NCBI GenBank assembly: GCA_951406725.2
Contig: OX597829.1
Span: forward strand, 35,650,001 to 35,714,000
Direction: 5' to 3'
DNA length: 64,000 nt
Source of the DNA: Octopus vulgaris
Lineage: Eukaryota
Position numbers and translations under genes: made by a program. Position 1 is the first letter of the stretch, and each line of letters opens with the position of its first letter. Shown here piece after piece: positions 16,490-30,019 of the stretch. The notes beneath the pieces were generated by a model, which had not been told where the DNA came from, did no database searches, and saw only the letters and a program-made list of their open reading frames with translations.

Positions 16490-17560
16490 TTGCTCAAATG
16501 CATTTCCCTCATTTGTTCGCATTTGCTAGTTTTTTGTTTTTTTTTATCTTGGTGTGTTTTTGTTCCTCTCCCTTTTCTTGGCCTTGGTGACCATGTTTTT
16601 AGGAGACGTTTGGTGTTTTGTTGAAGCAGCTGCTGCTATTTTGGAGGCTTCTGATGCTGTTGTTGTTGGTGGTGGTGTGATGTTGCTGTGGATGATGCTG
16701 TTTACGCAGCTGTCTGTTACTTTCGGGTTTCTTGTTGGTAATGTTGGTAATGTTGTTCATGTTATTGCTTGTTGTTGTGGTGGGAGTTGTGTTGGTTTTG
16801 GTGGTAGCGATGGTGTCGGCAGCAGTGTTGGTTTCCTTTGCTGTGGGCAAAAGGCTTTGAGGTTATTTGTATTTTTGCACAGGCGACATCTCAGCCTTCT
16901 TCCCTCAACAGTTTTGTGTAATCTGGTAGGGTTATGAAGTCCAGGATGACCTCGATGCTTTATTGAACCGCTTGTATTAACAACTGCATACCCTGTCCTA
17001 ACAAGTTCTACTTCTATATTCTCCATATCTTCAGGATACTAGCCTTGTCTTCTATGTCGAAGAAAATCGCTGCCATCATCCATCAAATATTAATTTCTGA
17101 TGACATATTTATTATTCTTATTTTATACACCCTTCGGCCAAAGTAAATAGGAATAAGAATAAGTTCGTAGCTCATTAAGGTGGTGGTTGAGTGCTTTTTG
17201 GCTTCTTCCTCTGAGACAAACCTCACTTCAACAGCTCCATATTCTCCACCCCACCCTGGTTATATAAGTTTTGCACTTTTAAATCGGTCACAGACATTTT
17301 TGAATCTGTCGATTGTTACCTGTTCTATTTTTCTACTCCTTATTCTAGATGTTTTGTAAATTGTCTGCAATTTAGTTTCTTGCTGGTCAGATCTAGTGTT
17401 ATTCAGTGCCACATTTCGCTCACATTTCTGTAACATATATTTTGCACTTTTAAATTCATTTTCATTAATTAAAATGTCTTCACTTATTTGCTGCTTCACG
17501 TCGGCAAAACCACTAACGGTGTCAGTTCTCTCGCTAGTGTTGTTGCTTTTTTGTCTTTGA
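16490..17560 (-). pseudogene. L1/Tx1-like ORF1 (gag-like) remnant
   Basis: AVEVRFVSEEEAKKHS...LIPIYFGRR and TVEGRRLRCRLCKNTNNLKAFCP (CX2CX4[H>N]X4C knuckle), followed by a Q/T/P-rich tail. Confidence 0.65.
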
Positions 17561-17789
17561 TCGCTTTTGTTATTCCTGTGATGGTAATGCGGAGATTTTT
17601 AGCATTGGAAAGTTATTTTCACGTGCTACGTTGTGGTTGTTGCTGCTGCAATCCTTGACCATTTGAAGGACAAAATTGCATAAAACAGAAAGTGTTTTTT
17701 TTTTATGTGTAAATATAATGTAAACAAAAGACAAACAGGGTAACATTAATATTTTAACGAGTAAAATTCTCCAGTAAGGGTGAGATCTC

Positions 17790-18800
17790 CGACGAATGCC
17801 TGTTAAAACGGCATAAATGCTTGGTTATCTGGATCACTAAAGCAAACAGCTTTTCCCAGCTTTTCTCCTTCATTCTAGAATCATTTAATCAGAGCAGACC
17901 AATTAACTCACCACTTTCATCCAACTTTGAACGAATTTTCTGGGAAGCAGCTCTCTCTTCTACACCCTCACTTTCCTTTTCATTTGAAACTAGAAAAAGT
18001 TGATGAGATATCGGCTATTTGACGAAAGACGGTCCATCCTGCAACCTCTTCCTTTAAGGTAAAGACTTACACAACGGAGCGATTTTCACAATGAGTTCAG
18101 CTAATAACCGGGACCGTCATGCATCTGATAGCAAATGTTCAACATTAACTTTGCTAGTCAGTAATGCTCTTGCATTGAGGGTGTGCGTGCAGAAAGTGTT
18201 CCACCTTCGACGCATCCAGGACGGACCTAGTTGACAACCATTACGTACTTGTAGGCTTTACTTTAAACCTGCAATGCTGCTCAGTTGCACTGCCAGGCCA
18301 GGGTTTTTTGAAACCATCCATGATCCCTAATAGAATGTTCTCCGGAACAGACCAGCCGATTAATTTTTCGTCGGCATCCAGTGCTATCTCAATAACGTTT
18401 ACGCTTTTCCATCCGTTTTGGAATTTCTACCAGCCGTATTACTCGATATGTAGAGGGCTGTGGGCGGTATACCACATTCCAGATGCTAAGCCCCCTCTCT
18501 TGTTCTTCACTTGACCAAGGACTGCAGCTCCGTCACAGATACGAGGCGGGGCGGGTGACGGTCTGAGAAACGGCGATCAAACCTGCTCTCCGTTAAGAAG
18601 TCACTGGAAAGGAGGTAACCTCAACATGTGTGGAAATCATTAGTAACTGCATACCCATACTTCACGTAGCAGCTGTTGACTGCAGCTGGAACTTTAGAGT
18701 AGTGGAATGCATTTTTTACAAAATCAATTCTAGCATTTAAAGGTAAAAGTTGGAAGGCAGACCACTCACATCATGTAATTTTCCCATCGCTCAGTTTGTA
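17790..18800 (-). pseudogene. Decayed L1/Tx1-like ORF2 C-terminal region
   Basis: KNKRGGLA (cf. P...GGLG) and a residual Cys/His zinc-finger-like stretch near 18170-18230. Heavily frameshifted. Confidence 0.4.
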
Positions 18801-18949
18801 ATCACTTCATAATTTCAGTGGCTGTTATCGATTTTTTGTGGCACTTTGCCATTTCTAGTATTGCTCCTCATCTTCGCCGTATCTGAGTAGTCTGACGCAC
18901 TGAGAAGCACATTTTTGGAGTGGGGTTTGTTCTTTGTTCGGTTATCGCC

Positions 18950-19760
18950 CTTTCTGTTACTGTTGCAGTCACTGGTGTCCCTTTGAGAGAGGCGTTTCTT
19001 TTGTTGTCTTTATTGCTGTTAGTCCCACTGTTTGTGTTGCTGCTGTTATGCTACAGCTACTATTTCCAATCTTGTTCCTAGTGCTGCAAACACTACAGCT
19101 GCAGTTGCACACTGGTGTAATCTTTGCTGTTGGCGTTGTAACTGCTGTCATTGATGTTCATCTTGAAAGAACTGGAGGCTTTTCAGCTGTCATTTTCTGT
19201 TGTTTTTGTGAGGGCTATTTGTATGCGTATGTGTGTGTGCTACTTTTGAGGCCTTAGATGATCGGTTTTCCACATTAGTAACATTTAGGCATTTAACTTT
19301 CCACTACCATTTGCAGTTGTTGTCTTCGTAGGTTTTCAAATGGGCTGAAAATCTGATGTGTATTGGATTTCACACGAATTACGATCACCAATACCACTCT
19401 CAAACCAATATTTTTCGAATTTTGTTTTATCTCTCGCAGCGTGCTAGTACTTGTATAATTGTTATAGTGATCCCGCTCCTATCCAGGTAACATGGTATCA
19501 GTGTAAATTACACAATTTTACTTTGGACGGTGGAATACTTCTGAAGAAGTCACCTAAGTGAAAATTCCTACCACATAAGCAGGCATGTGTAATAAAATTT
19601 AAGCATCTGTTGCTTTTCAAGCAGAGTTTAGCATATTCTAAAGAGACTCGCTTCAGTTTATGCTTCTTCAGCGATATTCATCATCATCTCACTTTTCTAC
19701 TAACTGTTTGCTCTATGATTTTCGTAGCATCGTGAGCATAACCTCTCTCCTCATTTTGTT
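18950..19760 (-). pseudogene. Second L1/Tx1-like ORF1 remnant
   Basis: Residual knuckle PKCY*CGK..HL near 19255-19290, followed by a T/A-rich tail. Confidence 0.45.
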
Positions 19761-20479
19761 GAGGTGTATTACTTCAAGGCATTGATGTTTTTTAGTCCAT
19801 TGGTGCTAAATCAAATTATTTTGCAGCATCAGCATATGAATACAATGTAACTGCAGCATTTCCGGGAGATATTGTTTGCTGTCGGCTATTCTCTTCTGTT
19901 ATTTTGCCTTCGTCATCACTTTGATTTTAATAGCGAGAAGAGATTCCATGGCTTTCTAGTCGCGGACAAGATGCTCTCCTCTGTAATTTCCAGAATCTTG
20001 ATCTATTGTATATTTTGCATGCCAGGTGTTCAGTCACCGTCTTTGCTCCACTCACAACTGTACCTCAGTGAAGGAGACGAGCTGCAAAAAGATGTAACTC
20101 ACGAACTGTGACTACACCCGTTCACCTGACCAATGGAACGTGTTACACCCCCAAAAAATTGATAACAGACGCTACTATCTGACCAAGTGGGAACTGAGGC
20201 AAGGCAATGTGGTGAAGCAGTAAACAAAAAACGGAGGCGATGTAGGCATTGTCTACTTCTTGTAGTCTATCGACCTAGTTGGGTAGTCAAAAAAGCTGAC
20301 AATAATGTATCACACTGTTGTCTTATGCAGTGCCTGGGGACAACGGTGGGAGTGGGTCAATGAGAAGATAAACAGTTTTTAGAAAAAGCGATGGTATCGC
20401 AGTAAGTGGAACTAAAATAATAATAACAATAACAATAATAATAATCATATATATTATATAAAAAAGTATCAAGCTAATC

Positions 20480-21175
20480 TCCTAAACAATGGACAGACTA
20501 CAAGTGCAGAGTCTGTTATACTCATGCAAAACAACTGAACTTAGCTCCAACCGATTATAAAGCTAGACACAACAGTGTTGACCAATGCACTCACTGGACA
20601 TTGTGAAAAAGCCTCGGTGCTGAACGTGCGAGAAGCTGCTATGAACACGAACCTAAACTAGTAGTTGAGAGTTACGGTATTACAAACCATTGGGACTTTA
20701 CAGTATATACTGGTCGTACATTTAATGTCAAGTGTCCTGATATTATTGTTAAAACCACCAAAGATAAGACGTCATCTTATAGATATGATAATACTATTTG
20801 ACACAAATGTACTTGCCAAGGGATATGAGAAACTTGCTATGTATAAAGACTTTGAAATTTAAATACATCTAAAATGTAAACAATACTAGTTGTGATTGGA
20901 GCATTCCAGATTTACAAAATGAAACAAAAAAAACCCAAAAGACAAAACAAAACGAAAAGAAAATCAAAGCAAAAAAAAAAAACAGCCTATGGATTTCTGG
21001 AAAAACTCCAGGCAAGCCTAATAAATGCGAAATATGAAATATAGTATTAAACAGTAGAACTCACACTCTACGTAAGTCCTTGTCTTTGTCATCTATATTC
21101 TCAAAACTATGCTTGCCCTAGTTAATTGTTTGTCGCGGGACAAGTATTTGTTATCCTAACCGATATAAAAATAAA
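20480..21175 (+). pseudogene. R4/Dong-like non-LTR retrotransposon 3' fragment (restriction-like endonuclease region)
   Basis: LAPTDYKARHNSVDQCTHWTL, WDFTVYTGRTFNVKCPDIIV (RPD-like), FDTNVLAKGYEKLAMYKDFEI, VVIGAF. Flanked by (TAA)/(CAA) runs. Confidence 0.7.
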
Positions 21176-21209
21176 TAACAGTAGTAACAACAACAACAAC
21201 AACAATAAC

Positions 21210-21330
21210 AAGATCTGAAATTTTGGGGAAGGGATGAGTCGATTACATCGATTCCAGTGCTCACCTGGCACTTATTTTATCAAACCCGAAAGGATGAGAG
21301 GCAAAGTCAACCTCGGCGGAATTTGAACCA
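21210..21330 (-). mobile_element. SINE family A, 3' half
   Basis: Contains ccgaaaggatgagaggcaaagtcaacctcggcggaatttgaac. Confidence 0.85.
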
Positions 21331-21404
21331 TTATGTATAATTCGAAGTATTAGATAGCTGAAAAGAATGAAAAGCATGAGCTCCAATGAAATCTGTGGTA
21401 AAGA

Positions 21405-21994
<590 letters not shown>

Positions 21995-22400
21995 CTAGCG
22001 GGAGCCGTGGAATTTCCACGAACCGATTAACAGAATGTTGAGTAAATAATAAACTTTTTCTATAAATATGTAAGTATAAAAATAATGTTTGAAGAAAGAA
22101 GTTAAAATCTCTATATATATAATATAATGAGATACTTAGGCAGAAAATACTAAAATTGCGTGTGTTTGTACAGTTCTGTTTACAAATACATAAAGTTTAG
22201 CTATTAATTCTATCCTTTTTTAACGTATCCTTTTTTACTCATAGGCTGGGAAAATAAACGACACATAGAGATACTTGGGAATGTCCACCATGTGTGCAAA
22301 GATTGCCAATACCAATCAGTCCGTGGTACTCCCCACTCCCAACATAGAGCCATGCCAGTTTCCTCCAATATAAATACAGGAAACGAAAATAATAGAACCT
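21995..22400 (-). mobile_element. Helitron-like remnant (3' end at 21995)
   Basis: Hairpin cgtggaa-t-ttccacg (22006-22020), 7 nt from CTAG|T on the minus strand. 5' end not identified. Confidence 0.5.
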
Positions 22401-22728
22401 ATAGGATTTTGGTCGAACAAATCGAACTCAGGACTTATTCTTTGTAAGCCTAGTACTTTATCGATCAATCTCTTTTACCGACTCACTAATTTACAGGAAC
22501 GTAAGCACACCAACATCGGTTGTCAAGCGATGGTGGGAAGAAAACACAGACACAGACTCAGACAGACAGAGAGACAAACACACACGCAGTTTTCGTGTAC
22601 CACACACAAGGCTTTGGTCGGCCCGAGGCAATAGGAGAAGAGACTTTCCCATGGTGCCACGCAACGGGACTGAACCCAGAAGCATGTGATTGGGAAATAT
22701 ACTTCTTACCACAATGTCGCGCCTGCAC
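22400..22728 (-). mobile_element. SINE family B, diverged
   Basis: Contains gtgccacgcaacgggactgaaccc and ccaacatcggttgtcaagcgatgg. Confidence 0.8.
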
Positions 22729-22744
22729 TCATATATAAGTGTAT

Positions 22745-22817
<73 letters not shown>

Positions 22818-22841
22818 TGTGTGTGTGTATCTAAATGTGTG

Positions 22842-22978
22842 CGCGGTTCGGCAAAAGTGACGATAGAATAAGTATTAAGTTCTAAAAGAAATAAGCCCTG
22901 GGGTCGATTTGTCCGACTACAACTGTTGGAGACGGTGCCCCAGCATGGCCACAGTGACATGACTAAAACAAGTAAAAG
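22842..22978 (+). mobile_element. SINE family B, 3' half
   Basis: gcggttcggcaaaag...ggtgccccagcatggccacagt...aaacaagtaaaag. Confidence 0.85.
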
Positions 22979-22985
22979 TATTATA

Positions 22986-23039
<54 letters not shown>

Positions 23040-23173
23040 TGAGAGAGAGAGGGGGGAGAGAGATGGATGGATAGATAGACAGATAGATAAGTATATATAT
23101 ATACTTATATATATATAGATATATACATATATAAATACAGATACACACTCACGCGCGCACGCACACACACACT

Positions 23174-23205
<32 letters not shown>

Positions 23206-23580
23206 TAAACACACGTCTTTGTGTTTATGTCATATTTGTCATCTGCCACCGGTGTTGACATCTGGTGTTGATTCGTTTACGTTCTCTGTAAAAAAAAAAA
23301 GTGGTTCAGTGCAAGTGATCGACAGAATAATACTAGACTTCAAAAAATATTTAAGCACAGATTGATCTATTCACCTTCGAGGCGTGCCCCAATATTAAAA
23401 TAAATAAGAGCTGAAAGATTCATGTTTTGTTGCCTTTTCCTCAACCATTACTCCACGTTTCCGGCTACTGCCAGGTACCTTAAAATCTGCTCTATAAACC
23501 TTAAACAGTGTCAGTATAACATAATATAATGGAATAGTGTCGACAAAATATAATAGGCGCAGGAGTGGCTGTGTGGTAAG

Positions 23581-23790
23581 AAGTGATGATAAAAAGCTTA
23601 GGGTAAAAGGAAATAGAGTGGGATCCGTTTATTATGATTTTATTCAACATAATCCCGTCTCAGATTGACACACTTGTTGCAGCAGTCCTCCAGGTTTTCT
23701 AAGCCCTGTAAAAGGACTCGGAATGTTGGGCCTGCAACAAGGCCTTTCGCGATATCCTTAAAGTTAGCCACTTTTCAGCACCTCCGTCAT
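23581..23790. mobile_element. Mariner-derived MITE remnant
   Basis: End cttttcagcacctccg resembles the mariner TIR at 56900-56929 (cttttcagcttaccctcg). Confidence 0.45.
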
Positions 23791-23800
23791 ATACATGATT

Positions 23801-23888
<88 letters not shown>

Positions 23889-23924
23889 TAAGAAAGTTTG
23901 TTTGGTAAAGCACGTGGGTGAATA

Positions 23925-24280
23925 TATAAGAAAATAGTAAAGAGTGAAAAAACGACAGAAGGCTTAAATGTTAAAAATATATATATTTGCGTCAAAATGT
24001 CTGGAGAATATTGCAAAAAATTTTTTCCTCCTTAAAATGACATAATTTTATAATTTTTAAAGAAATACGGTTTCGCAGTTAGCTCTTCAAATTTCTTGTG
24101 ACTTCAAGAAATTTGAAGAGCTAACTGCGAAACCGGTATTTCTTTAAAAATTATAAAATTATGTCATTTTAAGGAGGGAAAAAATTTTTCCAATATTCTC
24201 CAGACATTTTGACGCAAATATATATATTTTTTAACATTTAAGCCTTCTGTCGTTTTTTCACTCTTTACTATTTTCTTATA
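23925..24280. repeat. Long palindrome (about 175-bp arms, 6-nt loop) of a PLE pLTR-like sequence
   Basis: Arms are reverse complements with a few differences. Loop tgactt at 24099-24104. Confidence 0.95.
24106..24144 (+). ncRNA. Hammerhead-like motif (U3.G8 variant)
   Basis: AAGAAA-U-UUGAAGA-GC UAACU GC-GAAA-CCGG-UA-UUUCUU; stem III palindrome ACCGGU. Confidence 0.5.
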
Positions 24281-25377
24281 CATATATATATATATATATA
24301 TGGCTGTGTGGTAAGTAGCTTGTTTACCAACCACATGGTTCCGGGTTCAGTCCCACTGCGTGGCATCTTGTGCAAGTGTCTTCTGCTATAGCCCCGGGCC
24401 GACCAATGCCTTGTGAGTGGATTTGGTTGACGGAAACTGAAAGAAGACTGTCGCATATATGTGTATATATATATATGTGTGTGTGTGTGTGTTTGTGTGT
24501 TTGTGTTTGTCCCCCTAGCATTGCTTGACAACCGATGCTGGTGTGTTTACGTCCCCGTCACTTAGCGGTTCGGCAAAAGAGACCGATAGAATAAGTACTG
24601 GGCTTACAAATAATAAGCCCCCGGGGGCCAATTTGCTCGACTAAAAGGCGGTGCTCCAGCATGGCCGCAGTCAAATGACTGAAACAAGTAAAATAGTAAA
24701 AGAGTAAAGAGAGAGAAAGAGAGACGATGAGACAATAAATGTGTTATGTATCTTACGACTGCTTAACAAGTAAAAGTATGAATTTACAGAATTCGGATGA
24801 ATTCATTTGAGACATATACATGGATAATAGCAGATTGTTTTTATTGACATTACTTCAGGAAGAAATAAAAAGAACAACTAAAAATTAAATTGAAACAATA
24901 AGAATTACGCCAAATGTTAGAGTGAATAAAATCAATCGGGTTGAAGAAATTATTCTTGAACATAGTATGCAAAGTAGATGCGTAGATACTAAGATTGATC
25001 CGGGACATAAAATTAAGTTATGATGCATTAGACGCACGTGTCTTCAGTAGGGAAGTGACAATTTGAAATTTCGAGGGTTATACGTACGCACATACATACA
25101 TACATACATACATACATACATACATACATACATACATACATACATACATACATACATACATGCATACGTACGTACGTACGTGCTTAAATAAATTCGTACG
25201 TACATACACGCATACGTATATACATACATACAAAAATACATACACACACATATATATACATATATACATAGAAATATATACACACACCCATTGTTATGTT
25301 TACTTACATATTTTCACAGTGTATACCTAGGTAAACTATCCACCTGCAGTTTCTCAACTTCACTTATCCACTGATTA

Positions 25378-25738
25378 TCTATCTATATATATATATATCT
25401 ATATATATATATATATAAAACTGAGAATATCTGTCTGTCTGTATGTGTGCATACCTAAAACTCAAGAACTACTCAACTGATTTCATTCTAATTTTACACA
25501 TGTCTTACTTAGGTCCCATGCAGTGTCATGGGGATGGGGCAAAAACATTTACAGCTTCTTCCCAAATGCAAGCCCGGGGCAAGCTCTTGCACTATTTCAG
25601 TATTACTTCTCAAAAGTGAAACAATAACATCTCTATTGTAATAGGAGATAATAGTTTCAGTTCTAATAGCTTCACTATGTTCATAATATATACATAGTGA
25701 AACTATTGTTTCACGAATAATATATAATTATTGTCTCA

Positions 25739-25740
<2 letters not shown>
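25378..25740 (+). mobile_element. Helitron-like 5' end
   Basis: A|TCTATCTATATA...aaaactgagaatatctgtctgtctgtatg...aactactcaactgatttcattc, the same style as the 5' end of the 2566-2941 element. Confidence 0.55.
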
Positions 25741-25800
<60 letters not shown>

Positions 25801-26032
25801 ATAGTGTACATTTGAACACAAAAGAAATGGCCTTAACTCGCTAGAAAGAGTAGTTAAACTCTAAACCACTATTAGGGGTAATTTCGAAAGGGAATGAAAG
25901 AAAAAACATTTACCCTGTATTTCCTGTACCATGCATGGTTTCAAGCAATCTTTAGTAAACAATATAATTTACACTAGCGAAGCTATTGTCAGCAGGAAAG
26001 CCTAAATTAACATATAAAAACGAAGCGATATT

Positions 26033-26071
<39 letters not shown>

Positions 26072-26097
26072 CACACACACACACGCACACACACACA

Positions 26098-26155
<58 letters not shown>

Positions 26156-26644
26156 CATATAATGGAATAAATACTATGAAGTATTGTGTAGAATATATTG
26201 TATAAAGGATCGTGGGTAAGGTGAGAAAAATACGAAGTAAATGCAAGGTAAATCACAAGAAACAAATATATGAATTAACATTAATTCATAGATTTGTTTC
26301 ATGTGATTTACCTTAAATTTACTTCCCATTATTCTGGGCATACCCATGATCCCATATATATATATATATACATACATACATACATACATACATACATACA
26401 TACATACATACATACATACATACATACATACATACACACACACATATTTCAAGGGAAAACGAGTACGTATAGGAGTCACCAACATGCTAGAAAAAGATAC
26501 CAATGACCAAAATCTACCTAAATATATCACCGTGAAGTATAAACATGCGCCGTACTTGTTGAAATAAAAGAACAGATTCATGAAACGGTTCAATTACATA
26601 ACAATGGATTTCAAGATTAAGGGGTAATCCCTTTTTCTATCATC

Positions 26645-26905
26645 ACCCTCTGCATCATTACCCTCCGCAAAACATCCCAAATTTTATTTACTTTGCTTTG
26701 CGGGAAGGACTGTTTCAACGAAGTTGCGTCCCGTCCTTACCTTCGAACGCGGAGTAGACGAAACTGAAGAAGGGGAATATTCCTTGTGTTGTATGTTTTG
26801 TACTCTGTTTCTTTTTTTCGTTGTTTGAAAAAAGTTCGTTTCTGTGTTTTTGCTTTTATGTTTTCGTTTCGCATTGTGTTCCACATTTTTTATGTCCTGT
26901 ATCCA
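26645..26905 (+). mobile_element. Dispersed repeat, PLE pLTR-like; inverted relative at 29240-29470
   Basis: Shares gcgggaagg, ttccttgtgt.gtatgt.ttgtactctgttt and tgtcctgta with the reverse complement of 29240-29470. Confidence 0.65.
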
Positions 26906-27061
26906 TATATGCATGTATTTATACATATATATGTAGGTATGTACATATATGTATGTATGTATGTATGCATATATTTATATATTATTTATATTATATATGT
27001 ATATATTTATATGGTTATATATATGTATGTATATGTATGTGCATGTATATGTATATCCGTA

Positions 27062-27132
<71 letters not shown>

Positions 27133-27216
27133 TTAGAGACAAAACCACTATTTTGTAAAACAAACAAGGAAAGATTTAATCAATACATAAACTTTTAATA
27201 AAAAGTAAAAAAACCG

Positions 27217-27259
27217 CCACTACAATTGTTTCATGTCCTCAATGACAATCTTCAGGTGG
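27217..27259 (-). ncRNA. Minimal type-I hammerhead ribozyme (canonical C3-G8 core)
   Basis: CCAC-CUGAAGA-U UGUC AUUGAG GACA U-GAAA-CAAUUG-UA-GUGG. Stem I CCAC/GUGG, palindromic stem III ACAAUUGU, GUA cleavage triplet. Confidence 0.75.
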
Positions 27260-27609
27260 ATTTCCGATCTAAAATATCAATACATTAAAATATAATTTTA
27301 AAATAATTTTAAAATAATAAAAAAATATAAATATATAATCTATATATAACCTATATATAGTCCATATATAATCAATATATAATCTAAAATCAACCCTATC
27401 AACAATTAAATATAAAACAAAAAGATAAATAAACTATATATACACACATACGCATACACTTATAACTAAGTATATATAACCATATCTAAACACATACACT
27501 AACTCACACACCTATATATATATCCCTATACATACACATAAAAACGTCTAGGCAACGATAAATAAATAAAATAGCCAAATACTTCAACACATTACTTATT
27601 CATATTCCC

Positions 27610-28730
27610 TCACACACACATACAACCCACATACATAAACAATATACATATACCCGCTCACACATACATATACATACATACAGAACTCGATATATACACC
27701 AATATATTCACACCCACATCTATACAGATAAATAAATTACGCAAACAATCACACACACACACACACACCCACATTCACACATACATAAACACTCAAAAGA
27801 AAAATAAACAATTCTTTACACGTGGTGATCGAACGTATTTTTAAAAATTATGAATGGAATAATATATAATCAACGTAAATATACAAAATTTACTCCAAAC
27901 ATTAATAAACCATCATGATAAAAGAAACCCATATATACATATAATGATAAAACTCCCTTTAACCATACACAATAATACCTATATAGCAATCTCCATATAT
28001 ACATTCACACACAAATACATATACGTAAAACACACACACACACAACATATACGTATACCCCCTCACATATACATATACATACGTACTAAACTCGATATAT
28101 ACAACAATATGTTCACACCCACACTCATACAGATAAATAAATTACACAACCAAAATACGCACACACACATTCACACATACATAAACACTCAAAAGAAAAA
28201 CAACATTATTACACATAATACGATATAGAAAATACTCCATAATTAACCAGAATATCATAAGTAACAAGATTACCATAAGGAGAAAAAATATATACATACT
28301 TTCAAATCAGTTTCAATTTATGAAGTGAAATTAAACTCTAGCCGTTATAACGTCAAACAAAAGTACGTTACCATAGGAACCTAACATATGTATAAAAAGT
28401 CTTCTCGCTATGTAAACGAACGTCACTTAAAATTATGAATGGAATATATGGAATTAAAAATTCTTCGCGCGTGGTAAACGAACATTACTTAAAAATTATG
28501 AATGGAATAATGTAATAAAATATCAAACATCTTAAATATACAGAAATTACTACAAATTCTTTAATAAAACTACCATGATAAACTAAAACTCATAAATACA
28601 TATAATGATAAAACCTCCCTTTACTAAACACTATAACATACCTATATAGCAATCCCCTTAACCTATACATTCACACACAAATACACACACGTAAACCACA
28701 CACCTACAACATATACAAATACCCACCCCA
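27610..28730. repeat. Diverged local duplications (27610-27830/28030-28210; 27830-28060/28480-28730)
   Basis: Repeated ctcgatatatac, cagataaataaattac, aaattatgaatggaata (x3) and tacctatatagcaatc. Confidence 0.8.
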
Positions 28731-28795
28731 CTCACACATACCTATACATACGTATAAACCTCAATACATACACCAAATATATATGTATATATAAC

Positions 28796-28847
<52 letters not shown>

Positions 28848-28909
28848 ATGTGTGTGTGTGTGGGAGAGAGAGAGAGAGAGTATGTGTGTGTGTATGTGTA
28901 TGTGTGTTT

Positions 28910-29075
28910 ACCCCCACTTGACAATCGATGTTGTGGTGTTTACATCTCCGCAACCTCGCCGTTTGGCAAAACAAACGGATAGAATCAGTACTAGGCTTAC
29001 AAACAATAAATCCTGGGATCGATTTTTTCAAATGAAGGTAGTGCATGAGCATGACCGAAGAAAATAAAACAATAA
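28910..29075 (+). mobile_element. SINE family B, 3' half
   Basis: cttgacaatcgatgttgtggtgtttac...gtactaggcttacaaa. Confidence 0.75.
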
Positions 29076-29092
29076 AAAAACTATGTGATTTT

Positions 29093-29122
29093 AACCCCGT
29101 GAAACGCCGGGTATCTCTGCTA

Positions 29123-29123
<1 letters not shown>
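29093..29123 (+). mobile_element. Helitron 3' terminus
   Basis: cccgtgaaacgccgggtatctctgCTAG|T. Confidence 0.6.
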
Positions 29124-29163
<40 letters not shown>

Positions 29164-29239
29164 GCATACATACAAACATATATGTACGTACCTACATCTA
29201 CATGTGTATATACATGCATATATAAATATATATACGTGA

Positions 29240-29590
29240 GTACAGGACACCATAACTAGACGTAGAACTCAACGAGAAACGAAGACGGAAAAGCCATTTT
29301 TTTACAACAGAAAAACAGAGTACAAGACATACTACACAAGGAAAAATCCCCAATCATCAGCTGTCGCTAGTTAGACTCAAGCGTGTTTGGAAGGCAAGAC
29401 TGGACACGACTCTTCAAAACTAGGCCTTCCCGCGAGAGAATTAAAATAAAATTACCTCGCAGAGGGGTAAAAACAAGCAAGAAAAAATGTAACACAAACA
29501 GGACGTAAAAACGATACGAATAAAACTGCACAATAAAATACAAGATAAAAATACATGTACAAGAAGATACAAAACGAGAAATAAAAAGAA
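29240..29590 (-). mobile_element. Dispersed repeat related to 26645-26905
   Basis: See 26645-26905. Confidence 0.6.
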
Positions 29591-29830
29591 ATTTGGGGAA
29601 CAGAGTGCCTCTCTGACCAGATTCTCTGGTCAACTTTCCCTGTCATGGTCAGTGCGACGATCACATGTTACACACGTTCCTTCCAAACACTGCTGTAAAC
29701 AGCGGAAGTGAACTAGGACGTTGAAACTTAGTGTGTATGCACAGCAGAGTTCAAGGTCAATCTGGTCAAATCTGTGTGCTTTTAGCTTCGTTACTATGGC
29801 AACTGTCTGGATACTTATTGATCAAACCAT
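29590..29830 (-). mobile_element. Mariner 5' end (TIR, UTR and start codon)
   Basis: Colinear with 59068-59280 (aataagtatcc...gttgccatagtaacgaagctaaa...ccatgacag). Confidence 0.75.
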
Positions 29831-29969
29831 TTATATATATACATGTATGTGCATATATATATATGTAAGTATGTATGTATGTATGTATGTATGTATGTAT
29901 GTATGCATGTATATGTGCATGTATGTGTATGTGCATGTGTGTATGTAAGTGTTGATATTAGTATGTGTA

Positions 29970-30019
<50 letters not shown>

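Larger units (their letters stand above)
23554..24715 (+). mobile_element. SINE family B interrupted by a 720-bp composite insertion (23581-24300)
   Basis: Head at 23554-23580 resumes at 24301. tggctgtgtggtaag is duplicated at 23566-23580 and 24301-24315. Confidence 0.8.
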
